64,000 bases of DNA from a virus (IMGVR_UViG_3300021431_000075:576001-640000), one strand, 5' to 3'; counted from the first letter of the stretch, positions 21,093 to 32,217 are shown. Program-made: numbers and translations. Notes: a model not told the origin generated them from the sequence alone.

Positions 21093-24000
21093 CTAACTAC
21101 TTTGTTCAGTTTGCATATAGACTTCTTTATATACACCAACTTGTGTAGAACTTCCAGCACTGATACATCTATAACCAACTTTTAATAAATTTGTCATTAG
21201 TACAGGATTTTCTATTTCTATAGTAATGTTTGTATTAGTTGTTTTTAGTATTTTCCATTCATTACTATTTTCATTCGAAGGATTTGTATCACCTTTTGCA
21301 TCAATGATTAATTTTCCATTTTTTAATTCATAACCATACATTACATTAGATGTAGGAGTAGTACATTTCACTCTTGTTGTTAAACAACTGTTAATGTTAT
21401 CATCAAATAACACAGCCTGTTCAGAATATAGTTCAAATACGCTGTTTATAAATTGGTTTGATTTACTCGCTCCAATAAGTATATCATTTACTGTACCTTT
21501 TATGTGACATTTTATGTAACTATTTATGAAGTTAAATGCACCGGCATATATAAGATGACTATTGTTTGATGAAGAAGTAAATTTACAATCTACTACTTGT
21601 AAATTATTTATGGTTGATTCATTATCATAACAACGGAAGATGTTGTTTACACCTGTAATATTACAATTGATTATCTGAACATCATCTGTTCCAAAACCAA
21701 ATGAGCAAAATGTTGAACTTCCATTATCTAATATATTTCCATTATATAGACGTACAGTATTATTGCTAATAATATTATTATTTCCATTCATATAGTACAA
21801 ACCTCTAAAAAAGTCAATTGAATTATCCGCAACATCAATATTAAATACATTGTTATTGCAAATAATATTATCAACTCGATAAACATCTGTATTTCCACCG
21901 GTTTGTCCGATAATTGTAATGAAATTTGTATATGTGTGTTTTATTGCTATTATATTATCTTCAAATCTTGTACCTGCAGAACGTATCTGAACTTTTCCTT
22001 CAATATAACAATTTTTGATTAAACAGTCTTTAAATGCTGTTTTGTTGTTTCCTTGCATAAAAATAGCATAAAATGTACTACCATTATTATATGTGTTTAT
22101 AAATTTACAATTAATGATATTAAGTTTCTTTACATTTGCCAAACTTACTACTGCAGTAATACAACCATTAGTTGTAGAACTGTTTATCTCACTAAAAGAA
22201 CAATTATTTATGGTAATTGCTTCATAAGAATGACCATATATTGCAAACTGAATAGAATTTGCACTATTTTCAACAGAATTTATATTTTTAAACTCACAAC
22301 TTTCAAAAATAACATTTGCATTGACATCTTGAATTTTTACCAGTGAACGTGCAACCCACTTTGAGTTTGTTTCATCATAATATTCCAATGCTAAACCATT
22401 TGCATCAAAAATAGTATTTTCAACTCTGAATGAACTTTTGAACGTAACTACTGTATTTTTATTCAAAACTTTTATAGTTCCGCCATATATATTAGATTTT
22501 GGTTCTATCTCACCAGATATTCCATAAGTATTTGTAAGATGTATTGTATTACTTATAAAATGAGCTTTGCTTAATGCAATTGTATCATCAGTAATACCAT
22601 CACCGGTAGCACCGAACCATTCAGGGTAAGCTTCTGCAATATTCCATGAACCATCAAAATTGATATTTTCACCAAATATTTGTTCTTTATCAGCAACAAT
22701 AGATGTATTGTTACCTGTTATTGTAATGATATTGTTTGAATCATTTATAAATTTACCACCTATGAAACGTAAAGTGATATTATTTGGTAATACAAGAGAA
22801 TCTGACAATATAACATCTTCTTTTATATCTATGAATTTTTCAACTTCTATGTCAGTCGTTGCTGTATAATCTATCGGATTTATTTCATAACAAGGAACGA
22901 GTGGATTTGAAGAGTTATTTCCATATCTATATTGACTACCAAGAATATCATGATTATAATTATTCTTAACGCAAATATATTTGTAGTTTTCAACTATGAT
23001 TTTGCGTGTATTTCTTGAAACTGACAAATAACTATTTGTAAGATTTAATCCACAATCAAATCCTTGCCATGAACCAATATAACCATAATTGAAATATCTG
23101 CGTTTTATGCAATTAATAGTAGCAGTTTCAATAGCTTCGAAATAACCTTTATCAAAAACAACATTTCCACTGATAGAGCATATTCCATAACCTTCAAGAT
23201 TTGGTGATGCATTTGCTACATAACCAATTCCTTCGATAACAGAATTTGTTAAAGATATTTCACGACTACAATTTATTATACCTTCTTGACATGCCTCAAT
23301 CACTATATTATCAAAAATAGCATTTGTTGTTTGTCTGGAACAAAATAATCCAATATAACAATATCTTATCAAGAAATCTCTTTTGTGAGTACACCATTCA
23401 AAATCATCTATTACTCCGATATTAAATCTTTCAACATATATGTTTTCAATACTTCCTCTAACGAATGTAGTAGTTTGTTCAACGTTATGTACACCAGTAT
23501 TGTCATGATAACGAATATAACTATAAGATTCACCCATTTGTATTCCTATTGTCATATATAAATAAGACCACATATATTGACAATATTCTTCAAGAGAACA
23601 AATCATAGGATATACATCATCATTATCAACATAAGTATGTGATGATAGATAAGGTATTCTATAATCTCCTATTCTTTTTCCAATAGAATAACAAATATAT
23701 CTATATAAAATATTAGTTCGTACATCATCTATTCCGTTTAATTTTCTGGCAACGTAATTTCGTACCCAAGCAAACATATTCTCACGAACTTCATCATCTT
23801 CTTCAGAAGTAAATGTCGGATTTGAATAATTCGTCTCATAATACTTAATAAATGATGTGATTAAATCTTCATTAACTCTTAAGTTTCTCCAATCTGAATA
23901 TAAGATTTTACACAATTGATTAAACGTAAGACTTTTACCAGAATATGTTTTCGGCAATTTTTCATATGAATTATCTCCAATATATCTTAATGTATAACAT

Positions 24001-25742
24001 CCTGTATTGATAAACGAACCTATTATGCTAATTCCGATTTTAGCAGTAGTTAAAATAAAAGTTTTTTCACGCCCACTTCCATTAAAATTTATAACGGTAC
24101 TTGTATTTAAACGTAATCTTTTTATTGTTGTTTGTATAGTTAATGATTCATCAAGATAACCGTTTATTATATTCTCTGTAAAATCAGAATGTAAATTTAT
24201 AGTTTCATTAACATAATAATATCTCGGCAACAGTAAAATATTAAGTCCGATTCTCTTGCTAATACTTATTACTTTATTTAGTATTGATGAACAATATTCA
24301 GGTTCTGAAACAATATTATTATAACTTATTGCTCCCCACCACTCTATAAATAAATTTTCTACATTCCAGTTTCCTTCTAATTCTATATTATCAAATATCT
24401 TTATCATATTTGCATCAATATTAGCATTATTTCCAACTATTATTCCATTAGTAATTGAACCTCCATTAAATTTCAAAACACATCCATAAGGAAGTATAAG
24501 TTTTTTTGAAATATTATATCTTCCTTCATATATAGAAGAATTTATGGCAATGCAAGGAGTATAAAGTAAAGCATGAGATGTATTGTTTGTCAATGTATAT
24601 TCATTTCCATTAACAACATCCGGTTCTTTTTTGGTTGTTCCAAGTTCATTAAGAACTGTACATTCTCCAAGAACTGTTAGAACTAATGATGGTGTTCCAA
24701 TATTACTGCTTTCAACTGGAAATAAAGCAATAATTCTATTAATAAGTGTTTCTAATGGTATAGCTTCACTTCTTTCATATCTATTACCATTTATATTAGA
24801 ATATGTATCTAATGATATATTACTTTCTATACTTCTACTGCACAATATTGATGTATGAATGTCTGTTCCCGGTGTTGAAGTTCCAATGTATATATTATCA
24901 TCCGATTGCATAATATATTCATTGTTAGAAGTAGTTAGTTGTTGTTTATTTTTATCATATAATAATTCACCTTGACCAAGAGTTATTACATCTCCTTTAT
25001 TCAAAGAGAGAACATTAGACAGATAATGCGAAATACCAGTTTCTAATTGACTTGAAGATTTCATCCCAGTTGTATTGCAAGTAGAAATTGCAGTCAATTT
25101 AAAAGGTTTTTGTTGTATTGGTGACTTTTTTGCTAAATAAACAATATTCGTTGAAGGTAGATTGATAATATCTCCAAATTCATTATTATTAGAATCTATA
25201 AAAATACACCCATCAAGTCCCATTATTATATTTCCTTCATCAAATTGACTTAAATCAATTTGTGAATCAGATATATTGTATTTGAACGAACCGGAAATGA
25301 TTTGATTGCTTAAACTTAATACTGGTTCGTCATCTGTAACTTTTAAATTAAAGTTATTTCTGATTTCAAATATCGTATTTGTCTTTCCGGCAATCTGTTC
25401 TTCAATCGGACTATCTGAACGAAGAATACAATATCCTTTTGTATTTTCGACTGGAACATATGCTCTGTCTTTGATTTTCAGAACACCAACACCTGTCTGT
25501 GAGTCTAAAACTGTCGTAATATCGTCTTCATCAGGATTGTTAATTACATTTCCTTCGATATTGAATCTTCCATCTTCTTGCAACTGGCTTATGTCATTGT
25601 AGATTTCATCAATTGCTTCTTGAATGTTTGTTGCTTCAGTATTGCTTACAGTCTTATCAAAAGAAACTTTGGATGCATCTTGGCTGATGTTGTAGTTTAC
25701 TCCTTTGACTCTTATTTTGTTTACAGTACTATTGATAGACAT
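21093..25742 (-). CDS. Inner cassette 5: 1549-aa tailspike-like protein with two beta-helix regions (predicted ON in this orientation)
   Basis: VNKIRVKGVNY N-terminus; IEWWGA and YPEWFGATGDGITDDTIAL pectate-lyase-3-type entry motifs; shares the NNPDE..RAYVPVEN module with 17104. Confidence 0.7.
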   Translation of the reverse strand: MSINSTVNKIRVKGVNYNISQDASKVSFDKTVSNTEATNIQEAIDEIYNDISQLQEDGRFNIEGNVINNPDEDDITTVLDSQTGVGVLKIKDRAYVPVENTKGYCILRSDSPIEEQIAGKTNTIFEIRNNFNLKVTDDEPVLSLSNQIISGSFKYNISDSQIDLSQFDEGNIIMGLDGCIFIDSNNNEFGDIINLPSTNIVYLAKKSPIQQKPFKLTAISTCNTTGMKSSSQLETGISHYLSNVLSLNKGDVITLGQGELLYDKNKQQLTTSNNEYIMQSDDNIYIGTSTPGTDIHTSILCSRSIESNISLDTYSNINGNRYERSEAIPLETLINRIIALFPVESSNIGTPSLVLTVLGECTVLNELGTTKKEPDVVNGNEYTLTNNTSHALLYTPCIAINSSIYEGRYNISKKLILPYGCVLKFNGGSITNGIIVGNNANIDANMIKIFDNIELEGNWNVENLFIEWWGAISYNNIVSEPEYCSSILNKVISISKRIGLNILLLPRYYYVNETINLHSDFTENIINGYLDESLTIQTTIKRLRLNTSTVINFNGSGREKTFILTTAKIGISIIGSFINTGCYTLRYIGDNSYEKLPKTYSGKSLTFNQLCKILYSDWRNLRVNEDLITSFIKYYETNYSNPTFTSEEDDEVRENMFAWVRNYVARKLNGIDDVRTNILYRYICYSIGKRIGDYRIPYLSSHTYVDNDDVYPMICSLEEYCQYMWSYLYMTIGIQMGESYSYIRYHDNTGVHNVEQTTTFVRGSIENIYVERFNIGVIDDFEWCTHKRDFLIRYCYIGLFCSRQTTNAIFDNIVIEACQEGIINCSREISLTNSVIEGIGYVANASPNLEGYGICSISGNVVFDKGYFEAIETATINCIKRRYFNYGYIGSWQGFDCGLNLTNSYLSVSRNTRKIIVENYKYICVKNNYNHDILGSQYRYGNNSSNPLVPCYEINPIDYTATTDIEVEKFIDIKEDVILSDSLVLPNNITLRFIGGKFINDSNNIITITGNNTSIVADKEQIFGENINFDGSWNIAEAYPEWFGATGDGITDDTIALSKAHFISNTIHLTNTYGISGEIEPKSNIYGGTIKVLNKNTVVTFKSSFRVENTIFDANGLALEYYDETNSKWVARSLVKIQDVNANVIFESCEFKNINSVENSANSIQFAIYGHSYEAITINNCSFSEINSSTTNGCITAVVSLANVKKLNIINCKFINTYNNGSTFYAIFMQGNNKTAFKDCLIKNCYIEGKVQIRSAGTRFEDNIIAIKHTYTNFITIIGQTGGNTDVYRVDNIICNNNVFNIDVADNSIDFFRGLYYMNGNNNIISNNTVRLYNGNILDNGSSTFCSFGFGTDDVQIINCNITGVNNIFRCYDNESTINNLQVVDCKFTSSSNNSHLIYAGAFNFINSYIKCHIKGTVNDILIGASKSNQFINSVFELYSEQAVLFDDNINSCLTTRVKCTTPTSNVMYGYELKNGKLIIDAKGDTNPSNENSNEWKILKTTNTNITIEIENPVLMTNLLKVGYRCISAGSSTQVGVYKEVYMQTEQSS

Positions 25743-25772
25743 TTTAGACTTATTAGAATTTTGGGTTAAATT

Positions 25773-25801
25773 CGTTTCTTATTCAGGTAAGTTTTGTTCT
25801 T
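25773..25801 (-). repeat. Inner-family site S5 (left arm of promoter switch)
   Basis: 29-bp inverted repeat with 26161-26189, 1 mismatch. Confidence 0.85.
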
Positions 25802-26160
25802 TCCTTTCCGTCTTTGAAAACTGCTCGTTCTTTCCTTAAAAATGTTTTTTTATTTTTCAAGTCAAGAACTTCATCGAAAACGATTTTACTATTTATCTTG
25901 ATTTGACGCTTTCTTGTTATTCTGTTTTTGCTAATCAGATAAAAAGAAACATCCATTTCGATTGAGAGTTCTCAAATGCTGACAGTCACTTGTCATGACT
26001 AATCAGCCAAAGAAACACTTTTATTTTCATTATTTATCTTTGCATTTTGCGAGACCATTCAAAACGCTTTTCAGGTTTATTAGCACAGAACAGCTGCTGG
26101 ACTGCGATTTCTTGAAGTTAAGAAATCTTAATAAAAACACGTAACGCATTATTAATATTG
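25802..26160 (-). promoter_or_regulatory. Putative invertible promoter segment of the inner array
   Basis: Non-coding; GATAAATA on minus strand at 25890-25897 and 26031-26038; 26013-26038 matches the protease promoter/leader 50341-50365 except for one inserted base. Confidence 0.7.
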
Positions 26161-26189
26161 AAGAACAAAACGTACCTGAATAAGAAACG
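26161..26189 (+). repeat. Inner-family site S6 (right arm of promoter switch)
   Basis: AAGAACAAAACGTACCTGAATAAGAAACG. Confidence 0.85.
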
Positions 26190-26229
26190 TTGGATTTTTG
26201 ATTTTAATACTAAAAGTAAGCATTAATCA

Positions 26230-27768
26230 ATGAGTATGGATATAGGCAAGATAAGAGTAAAGGGAATTGTTTATAATCTCAAAGATAATCTATATGACAC
26301 GCTTGGAGACCACACTGACGGAAGCATGACTCAGGCAGCAATAACCAGCAATTTTGATGAGATTACTTCTGGCATTGCATCAAAAGCTGATGTTCAGAAC
26401 GACATCAATGCCGATTTTGACATAGCTGATGATAATAACCACTCTATTGTACGTTTCACTGACGGACATATCCAGACGCAGAACTTTGATAGCCATGATG
26501 TAAACAAATTAAAACAGAACGTTGGCTTAACAAAATATCAAGAGTTTTCTGACGAGAGTGATTATTATGTCGGAAACATCGTTCTTCATGACGGCTTGCT
26601 TTATAAGTTCACATCAAACCATACAGCAGGCTCATGGGACTCATCAGAAGTTGAAGAAACTGACATTACTGACAACATAGAAAAATCTACTGATGTTATC
26701 AATTCTTCATATGATTTTGATATTGCTGATGAAAACGGTCTTTCTATTCTAAGAGTATCAAACGGATACTTGAAAACAAAGAATTTTGACAGCGAGAACA
26801 TCGACACAGAAGTATCTCAAAAGACCGATGAGTATCTCCAGTATCTTCGTGGAGGTTCCCCATCTACTATCATAACAGGAATTCCTTCCAATGCAGACAT
26901 AGCAATTAATGACACAATCAAACAAATTCTTGCCACGTGTCCATATGCCGATATCATCCTCATAGCAAATCCTTCAACCAGACGCAACAAACAGCGTTTC
27001 ATAAAGAGGCGTGCATATATCGAAGAACTGAAAGCATTTGCAGATTTCTATTCATTTGGTTTCATCAATTTAAGAGATGCTGGCATATCAAGACCGATGG
27101 TAACGGACACGTCTTATTATACAACTGACGGAACTCACACAAACGATTTGGGAAGCGAGAAACTATTCAATTACATATACGGATTTCTAACACAACGTTA
27201 TAACGGAGAAGAAAATATATCATCAAAGAAAATACTTGTGATGGGAGATTCTTCTTGCGCTCATCAGAATCCAAGTAGCTCCTCGCCGGACGGATTCTTC
27301 TCTTGGAGTACATTGTTGATGAAAAAGTCCAATAGAAGATATGAACTGTTTGATTCTTCAAAATCTTATAATATCGGCGATGTGGTTAGACGTGAAGTGG
27401 AATACACATTATCGAACAACAAAACGGTTTCCATTCCGTATCTATACGAGTTCGTTAACAATCACAGCGGTTCTTGGACTCAAAATGATGTCAAAGTCGT
27501 TAAGAAAGATGTGTATTTGGCAGCAGTCGGCGGTTCTGGATGGAGTGCTGTAGCAGAGACTGGATACACGTCTTCGGACAGAGCAGTTTCTGTCCAGTTC
27601 AATGACTGGAAAGCAACAAAGACATTAGACCCGGTTACGCAGCAAGTGAATCCGGAGGATATAGACATCATTATCATAGGAACTGGCGGAAACGAGTTGA
27701 ACAAATTCAAACTCGATTATTCATCAACAATGAAGTATTTGTGTAATGATGAAACTATTGTTTATTAA
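26230..27768 (+). CDS. Inner cassette 6: fibre-like protein with apparently circularly permuted SGNH domain and two small CBM-like modules
   Basis: IGKIRVKGIVYNL start; DGTH block precedes MGDSS, VGGSG and GTGGNE. Confidence 0.65.
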   Translation: MSMDIGKIRVKGIVYNLKDNLYDTLGDHTDGSMTQAAITSNFDEITSGIASKADVQNDINADFDIADDNNHSIVRFTDGHIQTQNFDSHDVNKLKQNVGLTKYQEFSDESDYYVGNIVLHDGLLYKFTSNHTAGSWDSSEVEETDITDNIEKSTDVINSSYDFDIADENGLSILRVSNGYLKTKNFDSENIDTEVSQKTDEYLQYLRGGSPSTIITGIPSNADIAINDTIKQILATCPYADIILIANPSTRRNKQRFIKRRAYIEELKAFADFYSFGFINLRDAGISRPMVTDTSYYTTDGTHTNDLGSEKLFNYIYGFLTQRYNGEENISSKKILVMGDSSCAHQNPSSSSPDGFFSWSTLLMKKSNRRYELFDSSKSYNIGDVVRREVEYTLSNNKTVSIPYLYEFVNNHSGSWTQNDVKVVKKDVYLAAVGGSGWSAVAETGYTSSDRAVSVQFNDWKATKTLDPVTQQVNPEDIDIIIIGTGGNELNKFKLDYSSTMKYLCNDETIVY

Positions 27769-27790
27769 ATCTTTATATTAAAACAATTAT

Positions 27791-28342
27791 ATGGGAAAAG
27801 CGTTAATTATCAAAGGTGCTGATTTTTCTGCACACTCAATAGGTCCAATTCAAAGAATCGTTCAAATGGAATTTGAGCAGTCAAACATTATGTACAGACA
27901 GAGTGACTGCGGTGTTTATCCAAAACCGTCTGCGCAAGACCAAGTAGTTCTTCCGAAACGATGCAGAACAACAAATGGTACATTGATAGAAGTTGCACCA
28001 AACCAGACCATCACCATCAGCGGTTTGAAAGATCTATTTTATCGAATATTCGAATATCAGGCTTATACAAATGGAGCCGATGAATACAAAACAAATTATG
28101 CATTCACTGGAATAAACTATGGAACTTGGACTGACAATGTTTCAAATTGCTTAACTCCATATGTTTCCAGTTCTACAGATTCGAATATTGCATCAGGCTC
28201 AAGCGTGAACACAATAACTTATACAAATACACATGAAATGACAGTATATATTGGAATGCGTGTTGGCTGGAATGTTGACAGCGGAAAGAACGACACTAAC
28301 ATCTTGCCTGAGGAAATATCAGTGTTCGTTGAATATGATTAA
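27791..28342 (+). CDS. Cassette 6 partner protein
   Basis: N-terminus MGKALIIKGADFSAHSI resembles the micro-ORFs. Confidence 0.6.
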   Translation: MGKALIIKGADFSAHSIGPIQRIVQMEFEQSNIMYRQSDCGVYPKPSAQDQVVLPKRCRTTNGTLIEVAPNQTITISGLKDLFYRIFEYQAYTNGADEYKTNYAFTGINYGTWTDNVSNCLTPYVSSSTDSNIASGSSVNTITYTNTHEMTVYIGMRVGWNVDSGKNDTNILPEEISVFVEYD

Positions 28343-28363
28343 ACAAATTTATTCAAACATAAA

Positions 28364-28395
28364 AAAGTTCGTCAAAATAATTCTTGACGAACTTT
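28364..28395. terminator. Bidirectional terminator
   Basis: AAAGTTCGTCAA...TTGACGAACTTT 12-bp stem. Confidence 0.75.
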
Positions 28396-28409
28396 GTGTT
28401 TTATATTGT

Positions 28410-29354
28410 TTATGTTTTGTGTCTATTGACATAATCTTCATCAAGCAACCAATCTGGAATTTCTTCTTTATGTGTGATTTCCTTTCCATCTGCGTCGTAT
28501 AGTTTAGAAAACATTGTTAATACTGATACTGAATTTGGCGTATAGAGATTTGATATAGCTTTGATTGTACTTTCTGCTGATAAACCATTTGTAATTGAAT
28601 CATCGACAATAAGGACGTTTGATGAATTGAGTTCGTCTGCATATATGTTTTTGAACTGCTCATCCAACTTGATAGTGTCAAGAACGGTCTTTCTGAGAAT
28701 CATATCTGTAATAAGATGATATTTAAATGTTCCGGCTCCGTTTGATTCGATATCCATATCATCTAAATATTCCATCAATTTATCATAAGCTATATCATAC
28801 TTACCTCGTTTTGTCCAGAACTTATAGAAGTATGACTCTTTGTCCAGAGCCATATTTTCAATTTCTGTTGTGTCCAGTTTAACAAGTCCGTTAGTGATGA
28901 ACGTCGATATTCCAACTTCATCTGAAAGATTTTGAATCATGCTCATAATCTTCTTGTTTATTTTACTGGATGTCGGAACCATAACGGCTGTATCGAATTC
29001 ATTCTTATGCTCGCGCAGCCATCGTCTTAGGATATGCTCAAACGTTCTCCAGAACTGTTTTTCAGAATCGACGTTTTCAAATTTCCAACCTCGTTCTCCT
29101 TTAAGAGAATATATGACAGGATTTGAATCTCCTGTTCTTTTTGCTTTTGGATTGTCCGGATTCTTAATTTGCATTCTCCTAAATATAGAATAAACATCGA
29201 TGTCTCTGTTCAAGACAACAGAATGAATGACAGACTTGGTTGGTTCGCCACTAAGGTCTGTGTTGAGAATGTTGTTGTGTCTTGGATTAAAACGCAACTT
29301 ACGTCCAGATAAGATGTCAAATCCTTCGTTTATATTATGTTCAATATAACTCAT
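28410..29354 (-). CDS. Phosphoribosyltransferase-fold protein
   Basis: PRPP-binding-like loop VLIVDDSITNGLS; VMVPTSS; upstream TACTTTTG box at 29383-29390. Confidence 0.65.
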   Translation of the reverse strand: MSYIEHNINEGFDILSGRKLRFNPRHNNILNTDLSGEPTKSVIHSVVLNRDIDVYSIFRRMQIKNPDNPKAKRTGDSNPVIYSLKGERGWKFENVDSEKQFWRTFEHILRRWLREHKNEFDTAVMVPTSSKINKKIMSMIQNLSDEVGISTFITNGLVKLDTTEIENMALDKESYFYKFWTKRGKYDIAYDKLMEYLDDMDIESNGAGTFKYHLITDMILRKTVLDTIKLDEQFKNIYADELNSSNVLIVDDSITNGLSAESTIKAISNLYTPNSVSVLTMFSKLYDADGKEITHKEEIPDWLLDEDYVNRHKT

Positions 29355-29540
29355 ATAATTTTACAATTTAATTTATTTTTTGCAAAAGTACGGCTTTTTT
29401 TTTAATTAGCCGTAGTTTTCACAAATAAAATTGCAAAATCACCCCAATTATATAATGATGTATAAAAACATAATCAAATTATGAAACTATCATCCAGTCT
29501 TGCAAGTGCTTTTAATAATTTGTTAATCTTTTCCATTGCG

Positions 29541-32156
29541 TTATGAATTTTTAAGTACATATTCACCGTATCTGTATAACTGTACTCTTAACGTATAATC
29601 ACCAATAGCAAAAACATCATCACCATAGTTTATCCTACTATGGTTTGATGTTATATGAGTGCCCGGTACTGCATTGTCACCTCCAAACATAATGGATGAA
29701 CATATTTCTATTGTGCATGCAAATACAGCACCTTGTTCATTGAAATATTTTGTTGTTGTTCCATTACCTGTTGTTGATGCCACTCTGTTTATAGCACCTT
29801 TATAATACTCGTCTGTTGTATCACCAAAATACTCCTCACCAAGTTCCTTCATAAATGTATATACACAATCACTACAAGCATTTCTTGTAAGAAGTATTTG
29901 ATCTGAATTACCAATATGAGTGTAAAAATGATATACTGTCCATAAATCCCAATCGTAATTATGATGATCTATGACAAAATCAGGATTTATTACTTCTTTC
30001 CATGCCATTATCATTTGTGTCTCTGCTTCACTCCCCGCATAAGGTCCTGTATTGTTACTACCTGCTGTTTCATCAGCTACCCATCCATTAAAAGGGAAAT
30101 TACGATTGATGTTAACACCATTTGCATTAACTCTCTGATTGTGATACTGACCATATCCATTAACACAAGGAATGAAATAAATATCAAACGCATTCAAGAA
30201 TTGTACTAAATTTGGCTCATTTGCATGACAAAGAGAATATGCCAATATGTATGTATTTACTGGACCCGCTTTTTCATTACCATGCAAGGCTGACACAATC
30301 AGCAATTTCTTTTTTGTAGTATCGTTTGGTTTTCTTATAAATTTGTATATATAAGTATTGTATGAAGGAGTTGCCAAATAATCACCTGATGCAACATTAT
30401 TAAGTTCGGCATAGGATGGATTTTGAAGATTGACAGCTGTATATGCGTTCTCTTTTGATACATAATCTGGAAATGCTGCGACTAAAGCATCAAATCCATT
30501 TTGCACCTTATCATGTATTGTATTATCATCGTCCAATCTTCTATTATTTGAGTTTTTCTGCCATATTGTTTCTACAATACTTGAAACATCGCGCAATTTA
30601 TGGTCAATTATAAATGTTGGGTAATCAGCTGATGTTATTTTTATATTTGCAATTCTATTCGATAGTTCTTCTAAAGCCAAGGAATTCTTTATCTCTTTTA
30701 ATTCTGCAACAGTTGCAGGGGTATCTTCTGTACCTTTTTGAACAGTAATCCTTACCGCATATTCACCACTACAAATATAATTTCTTGATTTTACTTGAGA
30801 ATAGTTAACAAAAGCAAGCGTTTCCTTGTTGTATAACAATGCCCATCTCACTCTATATCCAACAGGCATTGTTATTTTCTTTGAACCATAAATGAAATTA
30901 CTTCGCAAAAGATAATTACTATCAACATCTTTTCCTACTACATTAATACCACCTCTTTCAAATAATATCAAATTATTGTCAAATGGGGCATTAGTCACAT
31001 TCTCTGCATAGTCGGCTTCAAGTGAGTCTAATCTATCTGTGAAATCAAGAACACGTCTTTTTATTTCCTCTATCGAGGTTTCTATCTTATATGATTGATT
31101 CCTATATACATTAAAGATGACATAACCATCATCAGGGGCAATCAATTCAAGAAGAACGACTTCGAGATTTGCATTTGCATGGCTTACAATCTCATTATCA
31201 GTATCAACAAAGCACCACAATCTTGCGTTTGCACCTCCCTTTCCTGTTATACGAAATTTATCACCTTCTTTACATTCAAGAACAATATAATTAAGGCTTT
31301 GGCTTGTAGTCGGAGTGATAACTATCTCTGTGCCTATTTCTGATGATGTATTGACTTGCCCTGACTTTGCTTCATCTGATACATCAAAATACAATGAATC
31401 TTGCAAATCCTCCACATCATCATTCACTTTCTCCAATGAAAGATTTTGTTTCAAGTCATAAACTGTAATATCTGTGGCATCGTTGTCATTCTTCTTAATT
31501 ACAATTCTTGCAACCTTACCTGATATTTCAGTAATGATGAATGTATTGGAGTTTGATTTTGAACCATCATAACTTGAAAAAGAAAAATCATCTATATTGT
31601 AATATACAATATATTGACAAACAAACCCCGTAGGAAGTTTCAAGGTATAAGTGCCACTGATATAACTCTTTGATCTCAATCTTTTAGAATTCGTTGTTTC
31701 TTTACCTGAAACATCAATACCACCTTGCTCAAAGAGAATCGACTCACATTTTAATTTTGGAAGTTCATCATCTATATATTTCGTGTATGATATAAAAGAA
31801 TAATTTGTGTCATCATAATAATACTGCTTGTTCTCAAATACATAGTTGGCACCATCCTTGTAAGGCACTTCCATAAATGTGCTTGTACTCAAATCACCCG
31901 TGTAATCTGTGCATTTATATATCTTTCTTTGTGTTGTGTTGTAATAGTATTGCCCTACCGCCGTCACATTACTATAAATCTTACTACTTGCCGAGATAGA
32001 TTGCAATACTATTTGTTTTGAATCTAACTTGAAGATTTCTTCTGATGCTGCTTTCTGAGTTAAGCAGCCGTCTGTATTGTCACCAAGTTCATCATATAAC
32101 TTATTAAGATTGTACACAACACCCTTAACTCTCATCTTGGTTACATTCGTACTCAT
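29541..32156 (-). CDS. Inner cassette 7: fibre-like protein with M14 zinc carboxypeptidase domain
   Basis: Start reassigned to MSTNVTKMRVKG; LHGNE, RVNANGVNINRNF, SEAETQ, IDHH motifs. Confidence 0.75.
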   Translation of the reverse strand: MSTNVTKMRVKGVVYNLNKLYDELGDNTDGCLTQKAASEEIFKLDSKQIVLQSISASSKIYSNVTAVGQYYYNTTQRKIYKCTDYTGDLSTSTFMEVPYKDGANYVFENKQYYYDDTNYSFISYTKYIDDELPKLKCESILFEQGGIDVSGKETTNSKRLRSKSYISGTYTLKLPTGFVCQYIVYYNIDDFSFSSYDGSKSNSNTFIITEISGKVARIVIKKNDNDATDITVYDLKQNLSLEKVNDDVEDLQDSLYFDVSDEAKSGQVNTSSEIGTEIVITPTTSQSLNYIVLECKEGDKFRITGKGGANARLWCFVDTDNEIVSHANANLEVVLLELIAPDDGYVIFNVYRNQSYKIETSIEEIKRRVLDFTDRLDSLEADYAENVTNAPFDNNLILFERGGINVVGKDVDSNYLLRSNFIYGSKKITMPVGYRVRWALLYNKETLAFVNYSQVKSRNYICSGEYAVRITVQKGTEDTPATVAELKEIKNSLALEELSNRIANIKITSADYPTFIIDHKLRDVSSIVETIWQKNSNNRRLDDDNTIHDKVQNGFDALVAAFPDYVSKENAYTAVNLQNPSYAELNNVASGDYLATPSYNTYIYKFIRKPNDTTKKKLLIVSALHGNEKAGPVNTYILAYSLCHANEPNLVQFLNAFDIYFIPCVNGYGQYHNQRVNANGVNINRNFPFNGWVADETAGSNNTGPYAGSEAETQMIMAWKEVINPDFVIDHHNYDWDLWTVYHFYTHIGNSDQILLTRNACSDCVYTFMKELGEEYFGDTTDEYYKGAINRVASTTGNGTTTKYFNEQGAVFACTIEICSSIMFGGDNAVPGTHITSNHSRINYGDDVFAIGDYTLRVQLYRYGEYVLKNS

Positions 32157-32203
32157 CGATTGCAAAATGATTATATTTAGTATTAAAATATCAAAAATCC
32201 AAC

Positions 32204-32217
32204 GTTTCTTATTCAGG
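32204..32217 (-). repeat. Inner-family site S7
   Basis: Exact reverse complement of CCTGAATAAGAAAC. Confidence 0.8.
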
